A stretch of 63,778 nucleotides of DNA, counting the filler, from Circinaria calcarea (lineage: Eukaryota): the NCBI GenBank assembly GCA_051942165.1. It is 54 parts of 54 records of this genome, joined end to end, with 100 filler letters (N's around TTAATTAATTAA, not from the genome) between each part and the next. Parts side by side here need not be neighbours in the genome. Positions count along the whole stretch, not along the records: positions 35,666 to 36,745 come from JAVECS010005358.1; positions 36,846 to 37,925 come from JAVECS010005359.1; positions 38,026 to 39,105 come from JAVECS010005360.1; positions 39,206 to 40,285 come from JAVECS010005361.1; positions 40,386 to 41,465 come from JAVECS010005362.1; positions 41,566 to 42,645 come from JAVECS010005363.1; positions 42,746 to 43,824 come from JAVECS010005364.1; positions 43,925 to 45,003 come from JAVECS010005365.1; 46 more parts are not named here. The stretch is one strand, 5' to 3'. Under the pieces are notes generated by a model. It was not told where the DNA came from. It did no database searches and saw nothing but the letters and a program-made list of their open reading frames with translations. The translations under genes and the position numbers were made by a program. How positions within the stretch are numbered: the stretch's first letter is position 1; each line of letters begins with the position of its first letter. This document shows, one piece after another, positions 35,666-48,396 of this stretch.

Positions 35666-36669
35666 CTACAGTGGTGACTAAGGAGCAGGTAAGTTCTTAT
35701 CACAGGGACAGTGGATGAACATGGCATGAAACTTACAAGTTGGGTCTTTTTCGTTGAAGTACGGCACGAGATATGCGGTCCTCACGATAGCGAAAACGCC
35801 CGTTCTGTGGAGCAATTCTTCATCAGCATACTCATAATTCCAGAAGTGTGGAGAGGTCTTGACTGACATGATACCCAACCCCATCAGAATACACAATACA
35901 ATTTTGTTCCTCTTGTCAAGCTGGAGATTTTGGATGATCCAAATTGGTATGAGTGACAGCGACCAGTCGGAGAAGACGGACACGGCTGATATATTGTCAG
36001 TTCTTTTCAAGCTATATGTAGCACCAGCCCAGGTACGACGACTCACCTCCTTGAACCTGTGTCAATTTCACCAGCACCGTTGGATTCCAGCAGGAGCCTG
36101 GCAGTGACTGATGCCAAATCTTCTGAGTAGGCTGGCATTGGAGCAAAAGACAAATCATCACAGCAGTATTAACAACAAACTGCACTATCACTGTTCCCCA
36201 AAGCGTATACCGCGTCCACGAGGCTCTGGCACCTTGGATGATGCGCAGGAGAGAGATACAAATGGAAACCTTGGTGAAGCACAGGGCCATGATGCAAAAG
36301 GCCTGGGATATCACACTGTACATTGAAGCTTCCTTCTTTTCTTTTGGCGTTAAATAGAAGGCATGTCTTCCGAGGCCTCCATAGTAAACGCCAATGAGCT
36401 CTGTGACTGTGGCAATCAGGCCGAGCAACTAATATATTCGTTAGCGACATCTGATCTGGTCACTGTTTACAGAATAGGGATTTGAGACCTACCACCGCGA
36501 ACAAGATCAACCAATCGTCCCATCCAATTTTACGGACAATCCTAGCACGGGTATATATTCGAATTGTTACTGCAATGGCGGCGAGACCAAAGGTCACAAT
36601 CACGACCGCCGTGAGCTGGTAGCCAATGTTTATATCCCCATCTGGGGGGGGCTTTTGTACGGAACTCAT
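35666..36669 (-). CDS. PTH11-like integral membrane protein (fungal rhodopsin-like family), multi-exon, 3' partial
   Basis: 'RIYTRARIVRKIGWDDWLI', 'GLGRH', 'TKVSICISLLRI', 'QCQP..KIW...GSCW', 'SDWSLSLIPIWII.NLQL'. Confidence 0.92.
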
Positions 36670-36845
36670 GCTTGCGAGTTGAGAGGTTTCGTTGGAAAGC
36701 GGTCTCCTTCTTCAACGCAAAGTAATATATCGAGGAGTATAGGTTNNNNNNNNNNNNNNNNNNNNNNNNNNNNNNNNNNNNNNNNNNNNTTAATTAATTA
36801 ANNNNNNNNNNNNNNNNNNNNNNNNNNNNNNNNNNNNNNNNNNNN

Positions 36846-37925
36846 ATATTGTCCCCGAACAAGAGAAGAAAACATTCTGGGAGGTCCTTCGACGGGATCT
36901 GCCCAATAGTTTCAGGTTCACAGGATCAAAAGCGTATGTTTCGAATAAGCTGGAACTTGGCAAGCATGGCTGACGCTGGTCGAGACATGCCCTCGCTGTT
37001 CAACAACGCCTTAGAGATTTCTACATACCCGAGATCAGCTCCATCACATACGAAGGGGACTTCGTCGAAGCCCCTCGACCAGTTACTTGGTATCCAGATC
37101 AGTTGGCGTGGTTCATGACCACACCGAAGAATGTCATACGTCGATTTCCTCCATTCGCATCCTTCCAGAAATTTCTTGTGGCGGAGTCCGATGTCGGCAA
37201 TATTAGTCGACAAGAGGTCGTCAGTATGATACCGCCCTTGTTGATGGACATCAAACCTGGAATGACGGTTTTGGATCTTTGTGCTGCGCCTGGGAGCAAA
37301 TCAGCTCAGCTCATCGAAATGGTGCATGGTGGTGAAGAAGAACGTGCAAGGCGAGTAGTGTCGGACATGGCCAATGGCTTGAATAGATCAGAGAGCGAAA
37401 ATTATGGTGATGATGGTAGATCGACCGGACTCCTGATTGCTAATGATGTAGACTACAAGCGTGCACACATGCTGGTCCACCAGATGAAGCGCCTCAGCTC
37501 GCCGAACACTATTGTTACGAATCATGACGCAACTATATATCCATCCATCAAATTGCCGTCTGAACCATCACCGAGTGGAAAACCTATCCCAAATAGGTAT
37601 CTGAAGTTTGACCGAATCCTTGCAGACGTGCCCTGCTCAGGTGATGGCACTGCCAGAAAGAACGTTGAGATCTGGAGGAATTGGACACCCAGCAATGGCC
37701 TTGGACTGCATATGACGCAAGTTCGAATATTGGTGCGAGCACTCCAAATGCTGAAAGTGGGTGGCCGGGTGGTGTATTCTACGTGCAGCATGAACCCAGT
37801 TGAAGATGAGGCTGTTCTGGCGACCGCTATTGAAAGGTGTGGTGGACAAGACCAAGTACAGCTTGTAGACACAAGCAATTATCTGCCAGGGCTTAAAAGA
37901 TATCCAGGGTTACGAGAGTGGAAGG
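36846..37925 (+). CDS. NCL1: tRNA m5C methyltransferase Ncl1/Trm4 (NSUN2), internal fragment
   Basis: 'ISRQEVVSMIPP', 'VLDLCAAPGSKS', 'FDRILADVPCSGDG', 'YSTCSMNPVEDE'. Confidence 0.97.
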
Positions 37926-38025
37926 NNNNNNNNNNNNNNNNNNNNNNNNNNNNNNNNNNNNNNNNNNNNTTAATTAATTAANNNNNNNNNNNNNNNNNNN
38001 NNNNNNNNNNNNNNNNNNNNNNNNN

Positions 38026-38410
38026 GTGCAGTGGTGAAAGTAGGATGTGAAGTTTCAGGCTCGTTATGTTGACGAGCACTCTGGGCTTGCGATGAACGAG
38101 TATTGATTGTGACCCTGCTTGACATGCCAGTTGGGGAAATCGGCATTTTGGCTGAGCCGGCCGTGGGTGAGGTGACAGAATGGTCGTGATTTCCTTGCAG
38201 GGCTGAAATTGAGGCAGCAAGGTTGTCGTGCTCTGGACAGCCAGAGTCAGTAACTGCCTCTTCTGACGTGGATTGTTCGTTGTCGTCAGAATCTAGTCTA
38301 GGTCGCTTGCGATCTTTCTGAGGACCAGCTGCCTCGAGCGAATCACTCCGATTTCTGGATGATTCCGGCATTGAGACAGTGACGTTTTCATGGGTCGATC
38401 GCAGACGCAT
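38026..38410 (-). CDS. Hypothetical protein N-terminus (possibly a large ubiquitin-specific protease)
   Basis: Open frame with NLS-like 'RKRPRLDS' and 'SSRVTIN'; family assignment weak. Confidence 0.4.
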
Positions 38411-39240
38411 GCTTCATGTCAGAAAGGTGAGGCTGTGACATTGGGGCAGAGGGGAGAAGAATTGCTTGGCGTCGAGAAAGTGCAGGTATTTATGCTGAGC
38501 CACCCACAATGAGCCTGTTCAATACTGCGTAACTTCTAGCTTTTTCAGAACGAGGCAGAAAATGAAACGTTTTCCATTAAGCTTCGTTCAAGATGAGTGA
38601 CTGAATGGGGGATGTGGAGGCTTAGAAGCAGTGGTAGGGTACGAGGAGGGGCAGGCGTGAAGCAGGCGGCAAACAAGTAGCAGACTTCTAGACTAGTACA
38701 CAAGCGAAGGCTTTGCTGCACATGCCAAAGAAGGCTGCAAATGTCATGCAGCCAACAGAATCACACAGACGTAGCGTGTGGTGCTTTTTATTGTGTTTCT
38801 GTCTCCCAAACTGATGCCCTGTTAGCCTTGGGAGGTCTGTTCTAAGAACGCCGTATCGATAGCTGGGAAGAGTAGTGCGAACGCGGACCGCGCGTGTTTC
38901 ACAAAGAGCCTTTCAAGCCATTCCTTTCCAAGCTGCTGACGTCATACCGATCCTTTCACCTTTCATGTGCTGAAAAATTCCGGCTAGCCCCACCAGCACC
39001 TGACAATCTGCCAGCAACATGAAGCATGTTCGTCACTTCTAGCAACCCACCAGCAATCAATCCTTTGTCCAGTCAAAACATCATCGTGCGACGGCCCCTA
39101 CAAACNNNNNNNNNNNNNNNNNNNNNNNNNNNNNNNNNNNNNNNNNNNNTTAATTAATTAANNNNNNNNNNNNNNNNNNNNNNNNNNNNNNNNNNNNNNN
39201 NNNNNGTATAGACCCAAGCCAGTCTTTATCTAACATAGCA

Positions 39241-40285
39241 CTATAAACCCCTCTCCTCCAATACTTGCCTCAGCCTTTTCGAAAACCCGCTCACAAAATC
39301 CCTATTTAACATCATTGCGTGCATTCCCTCACATTCATGCCAGCCGATAGGTGCCCTCACGAAATCCTTCCAAAGTCTCAAATGCTCGTCCATCCACTCT
39401 TGCCGACTGCTCGCCACAGCTCGCAGCGGCGTTACCCAGAAAACGTCTGCGTATGTCACAACCCCCTCGGGCTCATATTTCTTGCCCGCCTCACCAAATG
39501 CACCAGTCATATCCGCGATTGCCGAGAGTTTTTCCCTATCCATGTCTAGTTCAAGCAGCCGTGCTGGGGATGCCTGTGCAATAATATGGTCCAGTAGATC
39601 ATCTTTGCTCCGCCCCGTGAGAACAGCTTCGTCCTCGGATATCAATTCGAGGAAGTAGGCCACATTTAGAACGACGTCGGTGGACTGAATATCCTTGATG
39701 AGACGGCGAATATGAGGCGGAGAGTCTAGAAGACCGAGAAATTTGACCTCCTCACCAGATTCTTCGAGAAGCTTCGCGATTTCAAATGCGATGCTGGACC
39801 CGAGGGAATAGCCGGCGATAGCGTATGGTCCGTGAGGTTGCTTCTGAGTGATATGACGGACGTAGGTATGAGCCATCTCATTCATGCTAGAGAAAAAAGA
39901 TTCGCCGGCATTGAAGCCACGGCTACGGAGTCCATATACTGGCCGGTCAAGAATTTGCTTAGAGAGAGCAATGAAGACGAGAACGTCACCAGATGCAGGA
40001 TGAACAAGCCAGAGAGGTGCCTTGCTACCTTTGGTCTGTAACGGAACAATCGGGCTGTAGGATGTTGGTTGCGTTAGGCGGGTGATAGCGTTTCCTACTC
40101 CTCGAATACTTGGATTGGTCAGTAATGTAGTAAGCGGGATGACTCCTCCAGCCACAAGGCATGGGACATTCTGGAGGCGCTGTTTTAACGCGAAGAGATG
40201 GAGCGAGTTCATTCCTAGATCAAAAATGCTGCTGTTGACTCCAATTTCATCTTCGGCGATCCCAAGTAGGTCCGCAAATACTGCT
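39241..40285 (-). CDS. NRPS-like enzyme (A-T-TE type), T and thioesterase domains
   Basis: T domain 'IFDLGMNSL'; TE 'PLWLVHPASGDVLVF', GYSLG nucleophile, 'LLDSPPHI', 'CEGMHAMML'. Confidence 0.9.
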
Positions 40286-41041
40286 NNNNNNNNNNNNNNN
40301 NNNNNNNNNNNNNNNNNNNNNNNNNNNNNTTAATTAATTAANNNNNNNNNNNNNNNNNNNNNNNNNNNNNNNNNNNNNNNNNNNNAACCCTAGGCCAAAA
40401 AAACCCGTGAAAACCTAACCCCGTGGTGCAGCGTAAAATTCTGTCCCCGGGCCCCCCGTATTTTTATTTTCTATATGCTATTCTCTTACCCACCCTCCCA
40501 CCGGACCCACGGTACTCCCGCACTCCGTATCCCTTATTTCATTTTTTTATTATTTCTATTGAAAAATTGTAAATATAATCATAATGGGTACCATAAAGGA
40601 TATGCATAATGAATAAAATAAGTATAGAAAATAAGAAGAAGGGAAGAATACGGTACGTAATTATGCAAATTTCTCTATTGCACTCTATTCCACTCCCTAT
40701 TCCCTCTTCTCTCGTACCGCATCGTACATATCGCATCGCATTTGTTAATTTTGATGCAAAAGACTCACAAAAACGTTTTCTCCTCGTACGAATTTCGGAC
40801 TTCGGCCGTCTACTGTCATAACCTTGCGTGGTTCTGGTCGGTCCTTGTACATCATCACATTGAAAATAGTAAAACCCACTAGGCGTGTGAAGGTCTCTGT
40901 TCTATTTTCTCTACTTGAACTGTATGGTATCCAAAGAAAGGCCGTGAAGAGAAATCCTCCATAGACTAGCCAGAACCATTTCGGCCGTAGCATACTGATA
41001 AACAAATCATAAATAGCCCCGTGCCCAATGCGCTAATCCCT

Positions 41042-41465
41042 TCAAGGGCTTTTCTCTATCCCAACCTTGTTCAAGGCTCTTACTTGATGCTCGTGGAGGT
41101 TTTCGTCAAAGTTGTACAGCGGCTTCAAGTGGACATTCTTCTTTCGAAGGATCCATTTCTTAAACCAGTACGGAAGTGCCTTGGTGAGCTGATAACGCAT
41201 ATGTGTGCGCGTCGGCACGGCAAAGACGTAGTCCAACTCTTCGAGTGTCCGCTGCTTGGTCTCCGGCACGAAGAGGAAGATCATGCAGAGAGCAATGACA
41301 TTGAGTCCGGCGTAGAAGCCAAACGCTCCGGTCACGCCAAAGACTTGCAGGAGACGGGGAAAGGTAATCGAAAGCGCGGCGGCCCAAAACAGACAAGTCG
41401 CTACCGCCCAACTCATGCCCACTTCACGATGTGATAGCGGAAAGACCTCGGCCGAATATGTAAAT
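41042..41465 (-). CDS. MFS sugar/polyol transporter C-terminus
   Basis: '[23 protein letters not shown]', '[19 protein letters not shown]'. Confidence 0.95.
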
Positions 41466-41565
41466 NNNNNNNNNNNNNNNNNNNNNNNNNNNNNNNNNNN
41501 NNNNNNNNNTTAATTAATTAANNNNNNNNNNNNNNNNNNNNNNNNNNNNNNNNNNNNNNNNNNNN

Positions 41566-41821
41566 CTCTGGAACAGTCTGACCAGAGGGTTAACAGAGTC
41601 GTCGGATCTTATTTTCAAGAACGCAGCTTTGACTGATGGATGGTCTGGGGCAAGAGAAGCTGCTTCTCGTAGAGCTCGAGATCCTTCCTGAGGCCGTTCA
41701 GTGAGCGACTGTAAGGTAAAGCGAGAGGAGCATGAAGGACCTCGGCATTCCCAGAAGTGACCAAGTCTACAGCTCGTCCTGCAAGTGTGATGGCGCGTAG
41801 CTCTTCTTTACTCGAGGACAT
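41566..41821 (-). CDS. UCS-domain myosin chaperone CRO1/She4, 5' exons
   Basis: Spliced MSSSKEELRAITLAGRAVDLVTSGNAE|EGSRALREAASLAPDHPSVKAAFLKI; TPR-like N-terminus. Confidence 0.55.
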
Positions 41822-42143
41822 TGAAACTCTAGAAGATGATCGTGGTGGTTTGACTTGGAGCTTACTGTTGCATTCCCAGACACCCCTCAACAATCTGCAG
41901 TTGCCAAGAATCACATGTACATAGAACATCTTTTCATAAAATAACGTGAATTGCATAAAAGTTTGACATCAATGTTGTAGGCGGCTCTCTATTTGGTAGT
42001 TGATCACTCATGAAAGTGACAAAAAGTGATGAACATTCAACGGTGAAGTCAAGGATAGAAGAAGTCACTCCTCGATGTGTGCGCTATTGCAGGTCTGAAG
42101 GACTTGCTACTGGGGTCATGTCTCGCTGGAGGACTCGGCGGCC

Positions 42144-42645
42144 ATGAATACTATAGACGGCTCTGACCACTATGGGAAGCATACTGACGGTATGGTCTCT
42201 CTAGAACCTGTACACGATCCTAAATCTTCCGATAAAAGATGCATATGAAAGAAAGCACTGCTGAGCTCCTGAACAGAAGATCCTCCTCCATCCCTCATAA
42301 CCATCATCCTCGACACAAACCCCCATGCCTGGGCGCTCCTCGCGGACACTCTCCCTCTTTCCAAAGCCATCGCAAATCTTCTTGTTTTCATCAACGCTCA
42401 CCTCGCCTTCAATTATGCAAACAAAGTTGCCGTCATAGCCAGTCATACCCAGCGCGCCGAGTTCCTATACCCAACCCCAAACGCCCCTCCACCCGCAACT
42501 ACAAATGGCAAACACGCTACGCATGATGCAACAAACGATTCTGACATCGAAATGGCCGACGCTCCCTCTCTCCCAGTCTCAAAATCCAAAAAGCGGGCGC
42601 CAGACCAAAACGGACCGCCCCCCTCCCTCCCTCGCTCCAATACCT
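42144..42645 (+). CDS. TFB4: TFIIH subunit Tfb4, 5' exons
   Basis: MNTIDGSDHY|..PSLITIILDTNPHAW...LLVFINAHLAFNYANKVAVIASH...FLYP. Confidence 0.93.
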
Positions 42646-43210
42646 NNNNNNNNNNNNNNNNNNNNNNNNNNNNNNNNNNNNNNNNNNNNTTAATTAATTA
42701 ANNNNNNNNNNNNNNNNNNNNNNNNNNNNNNNNNNNNNNNNNNNNGCGTCTTACGATGGTAAGTTAGGTAGTTCTCGACCACTTTGATCAAATTACAACG
42801 AAATCTCGAGGACTTCACTTACTCTGTGAAGAATATGCGGTCACCCGCCATTTGCGTTTGAAAGGCTGGATTGTACCAGGTATTCAAGCCTCTATCTCAT
42901 TCTCTATTGGAAACCCAACCACTTACTGCGGTCTTAGCCTACACGATGGACATCCAGGGCCGACAGGTGAAGCTGTTTCGAGTCATCGTGCGAGTTGAAT
43001 TCACCCATGAAAGATGTGGCAGCTTTGTCCGTGACTTGGAAACTGTGAGTTGCCACTCATGTATACAAGAACTGGGTACCGTATTGATATGGCAAATTGA
43101 CTATGGAGCATCTGGATAGCACATCCGATTGATCAAGCACGCTTTCTCACACCTCGGCATAAGACTTGCAAAGATTGAAGAATTCTTGGCTTGATATACT
43201 ATGTGCCTTA

Positions 43211-43824
43211 TTATGCCGAACCGCGTATTTGAACGTTCTCATATTCTCCCAGAAATCCTGTTATTCCAGTCAAGAGTGACGATTTTTTCTGTGCATCGTT
43301 TTCAGCTCTGAAGATTTTGTACTTTGCGCGATGCCATTCTTCTCCAGTCCATTTCCTTCTACTACTATTATAAAAGGTTGCTGATAGCTCGGGGCGTAGA
43401 AAGAAGGCAAGTGTAAACCTGGTTGAATTCGAGCTTCCCATCTCTGTATTAGGTGCCACTCCATGTATACAGCTGTTCAAGATATTCCTGCTTATGAAGC
43501 TCAAGGTATCACCAGCATTCACTATTATACTTTTTGGGCGAGGTACAGTAGGTATCCAGGACGAATTACTACGGTGGAATATTTGTAATCCAGGCGCAGA
43601 AGTGAACAATAAGGTAAAAGAGCCAACGTCTGTGTGCGCCATATGTCCAGCCTCATCTCTTCCGAGAGCGGCGGGAGATAAATATTTGAGCATGCCTAAT
43701 GACGACGTGGAGAGCTCTTGTTGACGATGGAGATTCTCGAATGGAAGAGTAGGTGTAGCGGGCATCATCTTTGATAAAGCTGAGAGAATGCTTAGGGCGA
43801 CATCGTGGCAGGAAAGCTCAAATT
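43211..43824 (-). CDS. 2-oxoglutarate/Fe(II) dioxygenase, C-terminal half
   Basis: HTD, 'GLQI', 'VNAGDTL', distal His in 'SCIHGV', 'RFTLAFFLRP'. Confidence 0.9.
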
Positions 43825-44189
43825 NNNNNNNNNNNNNNNNNNNNNNNNNNNNNNNNNNNNNNNNNNNNTTAATTAATTAANNNNNNNNNNNNNNNNNNNN
43901 NNNNNNNNNNNNNNNNNNNNNNNNGAAGAGGCCTTTATGTAAGGGTTGCTAAGCTAAGCTAGGATAGGAAAAGCTAGATTTGTATACCATATGGTAAGGG
44001 ATTGAAGTTCACTCCCGTTGGTGGTGTATGATTATGTTGGTATTAGGAATGTAAATGTTGGTTTGTTGTTATTCCAGCGTGTGTGTATGGCTGGGCTGGC
44101 TGGCTATGAGTAGGGTTTTTAAGGAGGGGGGATGGTTTGGTTATAGTCGTGCTGTTTTGTTTTGTTTATTTTTCTGAGTATGATAAGTT

Positions 44190-44303
44190 ACCTTCCGTGC
44201 TTAGCTTTCTGATCTTTATCAGGATTACTAAGTAACCGGTCTAGGAGTTCATCCGTTCCGGCCCTTGGTTAGTTTTCCCCGGTACGGTCGTGGCGCCATA
44301 ATA
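44190..44303 (-). mobile_element. Partial LTR family B copy
   Basis: Ends GTGGCGCCATAATA; upstream block resembles the reverse complement of 52593-52680. Confidence 0.5.
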
Positions 44304-44880
44304 GCAAATTGTAGGAAGGGTCTCCCTATTACGAGCCCCTCGTTGATAATTTCAATATTTTCTTATAATAACTCGTTATAAACAAGCTGCATAATCGTAT
44401 ATCAAAATAAAGAATTATAATAAGGCTATATGCATTAAGCAAATATTATAGCATAAGCATGCATAATTTAAAGTTTTCGTACAGTACAAGTACCCCGCCG
44501 CCATTCATTTAGCCCTGTCTGAATACAACGAGAACTTGATTATAAACGAGATAAATTTCTAACTTTTTCCAAATTCGTTATAGCCAGGGGTTACTGTATA
44601 GCCAGCTTGCTAGGGGCGCAATTCATTAATGTTGGGGCGCGCACCAGATTAAGATCGGGGGCTTTTATATTTAAAGCTTTATGGTAGATAACCAGATTAT
44701 AGTACTTAGTGCCCCACTCCCACACCCTGCGCTGATATAGAGCGGACAGTACGAAAAGTTTGGTCAAAGAGTACTCGTACGGAGGCGGCTCGGTAGCGGG
44801 GTGGTAGAGGTGTGGTAGGGTGGAGGGCGGAGGATGGAAGTTGGAAAGTGGAAGAAAGGTGGAGGGAGGAGGCAGGGTAA

Positions 44881-44965
44881 GGATGAGTGTGGAGGATGAG
44901 TGTGGAGGGTGAGTGTGGAGGGTGAGTGTGGAGGGTGAGTGTGGAGGGTGAGTGTGGAGGGTGAG
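44881..44965 (+). repeat. 13-bp minisatellite (GGGTGAGTGTGGA)n
   Basis: About 6 units. Confidence 0.95.
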
Positions 44966-45369
44966 GGAGGTTAAGGGTGACAAAAGGGAAAAAAGGAAAT
45001 GTGNNNNNNNNNNNNNNNNNNNNNNNNNNNNNNNNNNNNNNNNNNNNTTAATTAATTAANNNNNNNNNNNNNNNNNNNNNNNNNNNNNNNNNNNNNNNNN
45101 NNNATTTCGGGATTGCTGACTCGATCATCTTTTTCTGGACGCGGTACTGTTGGCTCTAGACCGGGAATGAACAAGATCAGTTTGCCACTTCAGCCTCCAC
45201 AGTCATGGAGGTAGAATATAAATAATAAGATGGGAGCCGTCGAACAAGGCGAGATGTGCGTGACTACAGAAGCTCTCGGGAACACGTCCTTCTATCACAC
45301 TCGAGTCCGAAGACAAGGAACACCCTACCCGTTCAAGGCTCACTAAGAACCTGCACACTCCATCTCATC

Positions 45370-46178
45370 ATGCTGTCGTTCTCTCTCCTCCCTCTCGCTC
45401 TCCTGATAGGTGCCGCGATATGCAATCCTCTTCCATCTGCAATGTCCATTGAGAACTACGATTTCAAGCGTCAAGACAACTGTACGCAGCCCCCTCCCCC
45501 CTTTTGCTGCCTCATCCTCGCAAACCATTCGGCTGACAACTCAACTAGGTACCCAGTACAACAGCGTCGCCGCCGGCTCCGTCTGCTACCATACGCCTTC
45601 TGACTGTTCGTTTGCCTATTTCCTTCTCCTCTGCTTCCAGCTCTCCCCAAACGCTAAGCTCGCCTTTTTAACTCGGCAAACAGGCACAGAAACCTACCTC
45701 GTCCAATCTGGCGACACCTGCACCGCCATTGCCGAGCAGTTCCAATCCTTCACCCTCTCGCAATTCTACTACTGGAACCCGTAAGCTCACCCCTTCATAG
45801 CCTCAAACCCCTCCCTCTATTCAAAATTCCCTGTTCCCTGTTCCCTGTTAACCTCCCCACTCCAGCGACGTCGGCCAAAGCTGCCTTGGCCTCCGCGCCT
45901 ACGTCCCCGTCTGCGTCTCCACGCCCTGGTACACCTTCACACCCCCAATCCAATCCCCCGTTGGGACCGTCGTCCCCGCCTCCGCAGTCCCGGTCCCCAT
46001 CATGCCAGCCATCGTTACAAACTGCACGAGCTACGAGCTTGCGGGTGAGGGCTACAGGGTCGATCGTATCGTGGCACAGAACAACATTACGCTGGACCAG
46101 TTTTTGGACTGGAACACGTATATCAATCGTGAGGACCCGGTCGCGTGGGCGGGGTATTGGGTGTGTGTGGGAGTCTGA
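45370..46178 (+). CDS. Secreted protein with two LysM domains, complete 4-exon gene
   Basis: Signal peptide, KR processing site, 'YLVQSGDTCTAIA...LSQFYYWNP' and 'NCTSYEL...ITLDQFLDWN...AGYWVCVGV*'; three GT-AG introns. Confidence 0.9.
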
Positions 46179-48352
46179 TTGCNNNNNNNNNNNNNNNNNN
46201 NNNNNNNNNNNNNNNNNNNNNNNNNNTTAATTAATTAANNNNNNNNNNNNNNNNNNNNNNNNNNNNNNNNNNNNNNNNNNNNCCCACACTTTTTCCCCTG
46301 AATACGACCTGCAGAGTTGCGGCGCTCTTTAATCTCCGCAACAGGCTTAGTTCGCTTAACTTTTCCCAATCGAGACTGGCGGAAGCGACTTCTTGGCAAA
46401 AGGTGCTCATCTGCTCGGCAGGGTGGTTGTGCCCGGCGCATTGTGTGCAAAAGGAACAATCTTTTGTTGCTGTCATGCGCTGCAATCAAAGTCAGAGATT
46501 CCGAAGAACTGATGACAGCTCATTCGTGGTAAGGGAATTAAACAAAGCCTTGCTACTTTGTCCAAGGCTTTCCCTTTCTTTTTCCCAGCGGGAGCATTCC
46601 CTGGTCCAACAATGCCTACCCGCCAAGGGCCACCATTTGGAATGGGCTGAAACAGAGAGGTCTGGGAGCCCAAGGCATACTGCAGCAGACATCCCGCTCT
46701 GTCGCTCAGAGCGATGAGCGTAACACCCGTCTACCACGCAGCTATGGATTGCATTGCATATGAGCACGTTTTTAATATATCTTTTGGCAGACCGCCGTAT
46801 GCAGACCCGGCAGCCGGTCCGTGACTAAACCCTACTTAACTAATCCATACCGTGTGCACCGAGAGCAACAGCAGCCGAAGAGACACCACCTCGTAGCGCT
46901 TTCTCTCACCCCTAGTCCGTCTACGGGAGCGCTAGCGGTCGTGGTTCTATTCATGGGCTCTCTCGGTTCAGCCGGCAGCTACGGAGTATGCGGGGGCGGA
47001 ATCTTATGTATTATCTGGAGCTTGCGATAGGTCACTCAGTTCTGACAGCGCCAAAGGCCCGTTCTCCAGCTGTTAGCTTGAAAGTGGCTGAGACGCTCTT
47101 CATCAGGGGCTCAGGAGGTGGTAGAACTGTACATGGCCCACGAAACTACTTGGTTGCAAACTCTACTGCGAAAGGATGCGGGAACAGCGGGAATCGAAGA
47201 CCAGCGCAAGGTAGTGTGAAGGATATAGGGTGCTCCGCTATGCTCCTAAGGTATAGGCAAAGACGCAATCGAGAATGGGTAATGGGAGCCTGAATAGTGA
47301 AGAATCAGAGGATATATGGCATGAACTGACTGCTACAGTATAGTGCACATATAGAAAGAANNNNNNNNNNNNNNNNNNNNNNNNNNNNNNNNNNNNNNNN
47401 NNNNTTAATTAATTAANNNNNNNNNNNNNNNNNNNNNNNNNNNNNNNNNNNNNNNNNNNNGAGCAGGGCCGGTGGGGATAGAAGGGGAGGGAAGTATAGG
47501 GATAGGGTAGAGAAGATAGCGCATCTGGCATCGGTCGTGTCCATCTAGAGAGTCAGCTCTCTCTCTCCAGGAAGAGTCAGCTCGGATGTGGAGGACGGAG
47601 CACTCTTTCCTGTTCTAGCAGGGGTCAAATGCTGCATGATTGCAATGGCGGGGAAGGATCTCCGAAATTAGCTTCAGGATTTAGGATTCCAGTAATGGAT
47701 AATCGTCTGAGACTAGGATATGAGTTTGGATTTGGATGATCACTTGCAGAATAGCCAAGCTTCCCCGCTAATGCTACACGTTTTTGGTTTTTCTTATTTT
47801 GTTTGGTTGTTGGTACCGTACAAGAAATGATGGAAGTGTTGTGTGTGTGCGATTCTCCCCCCCCCCCTCCTCCCTCTCCTGGCTTACGTCCGGGAACCAG
47901 CCAAAAGACCAAAAGACCAAAAGACAAAAGCGAATGTTGTGGTATGTATGGTATGATTGGAGCAGCATAGGCATGGAGAAAGATGATGCGCGGGAGAGGA
48001 AAAAAAAAAAAAAAAAAAAACAGCACTCATTGGGCGTGTGCCTATGGTAATTCTCTCTCCATCTCCTATATGGTATCCGAGGTAAAATCTTGGAGATACA
48101 CACATTTCACGTATCACCATGGTATTTCAGTAGTGTTTCAGTAGTGTTTATTTATATTACTCTGTATGCTATTCCGGTTAGGTTCTACCGTACAGCACAG
48201 CCCAGATTCGTTTGAGTTGAAGAACGTAGTGGAGCGCCTTCCCCCTCGCTCTCTTACTCTCTTTCTCTTGCTCTTGCTCTCTCTCTTGCTCTTTCTCTCT
48301 CTCTCTCTCTGTGTTCCGTATACGCTCCCTTTTCTTTTTTTTCTTTTTTAGC

Positions 48353-48396
48353 TTTCTTCTTCTTCTTCTTCTTCTTCTTCTTCTTCTTCTTCTTCT
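48353..48396 (+). repeat. (TTC)n microsatellite
   Basis: About 14 units. Confidence 0.95.

Noticed and set aside
39241..43824. Apparent biosynthetic cluster (NRPS-like + MFS transporter + 2OG oxygenase)
   Set aside because: Genes lie on separate contigs ordered only by length
46283..46767. Two stop-separated Cys-containing minus-strand ORFs
   Set aside because: No recognisable domain; cannot be distinguished from chance or a decayed gene
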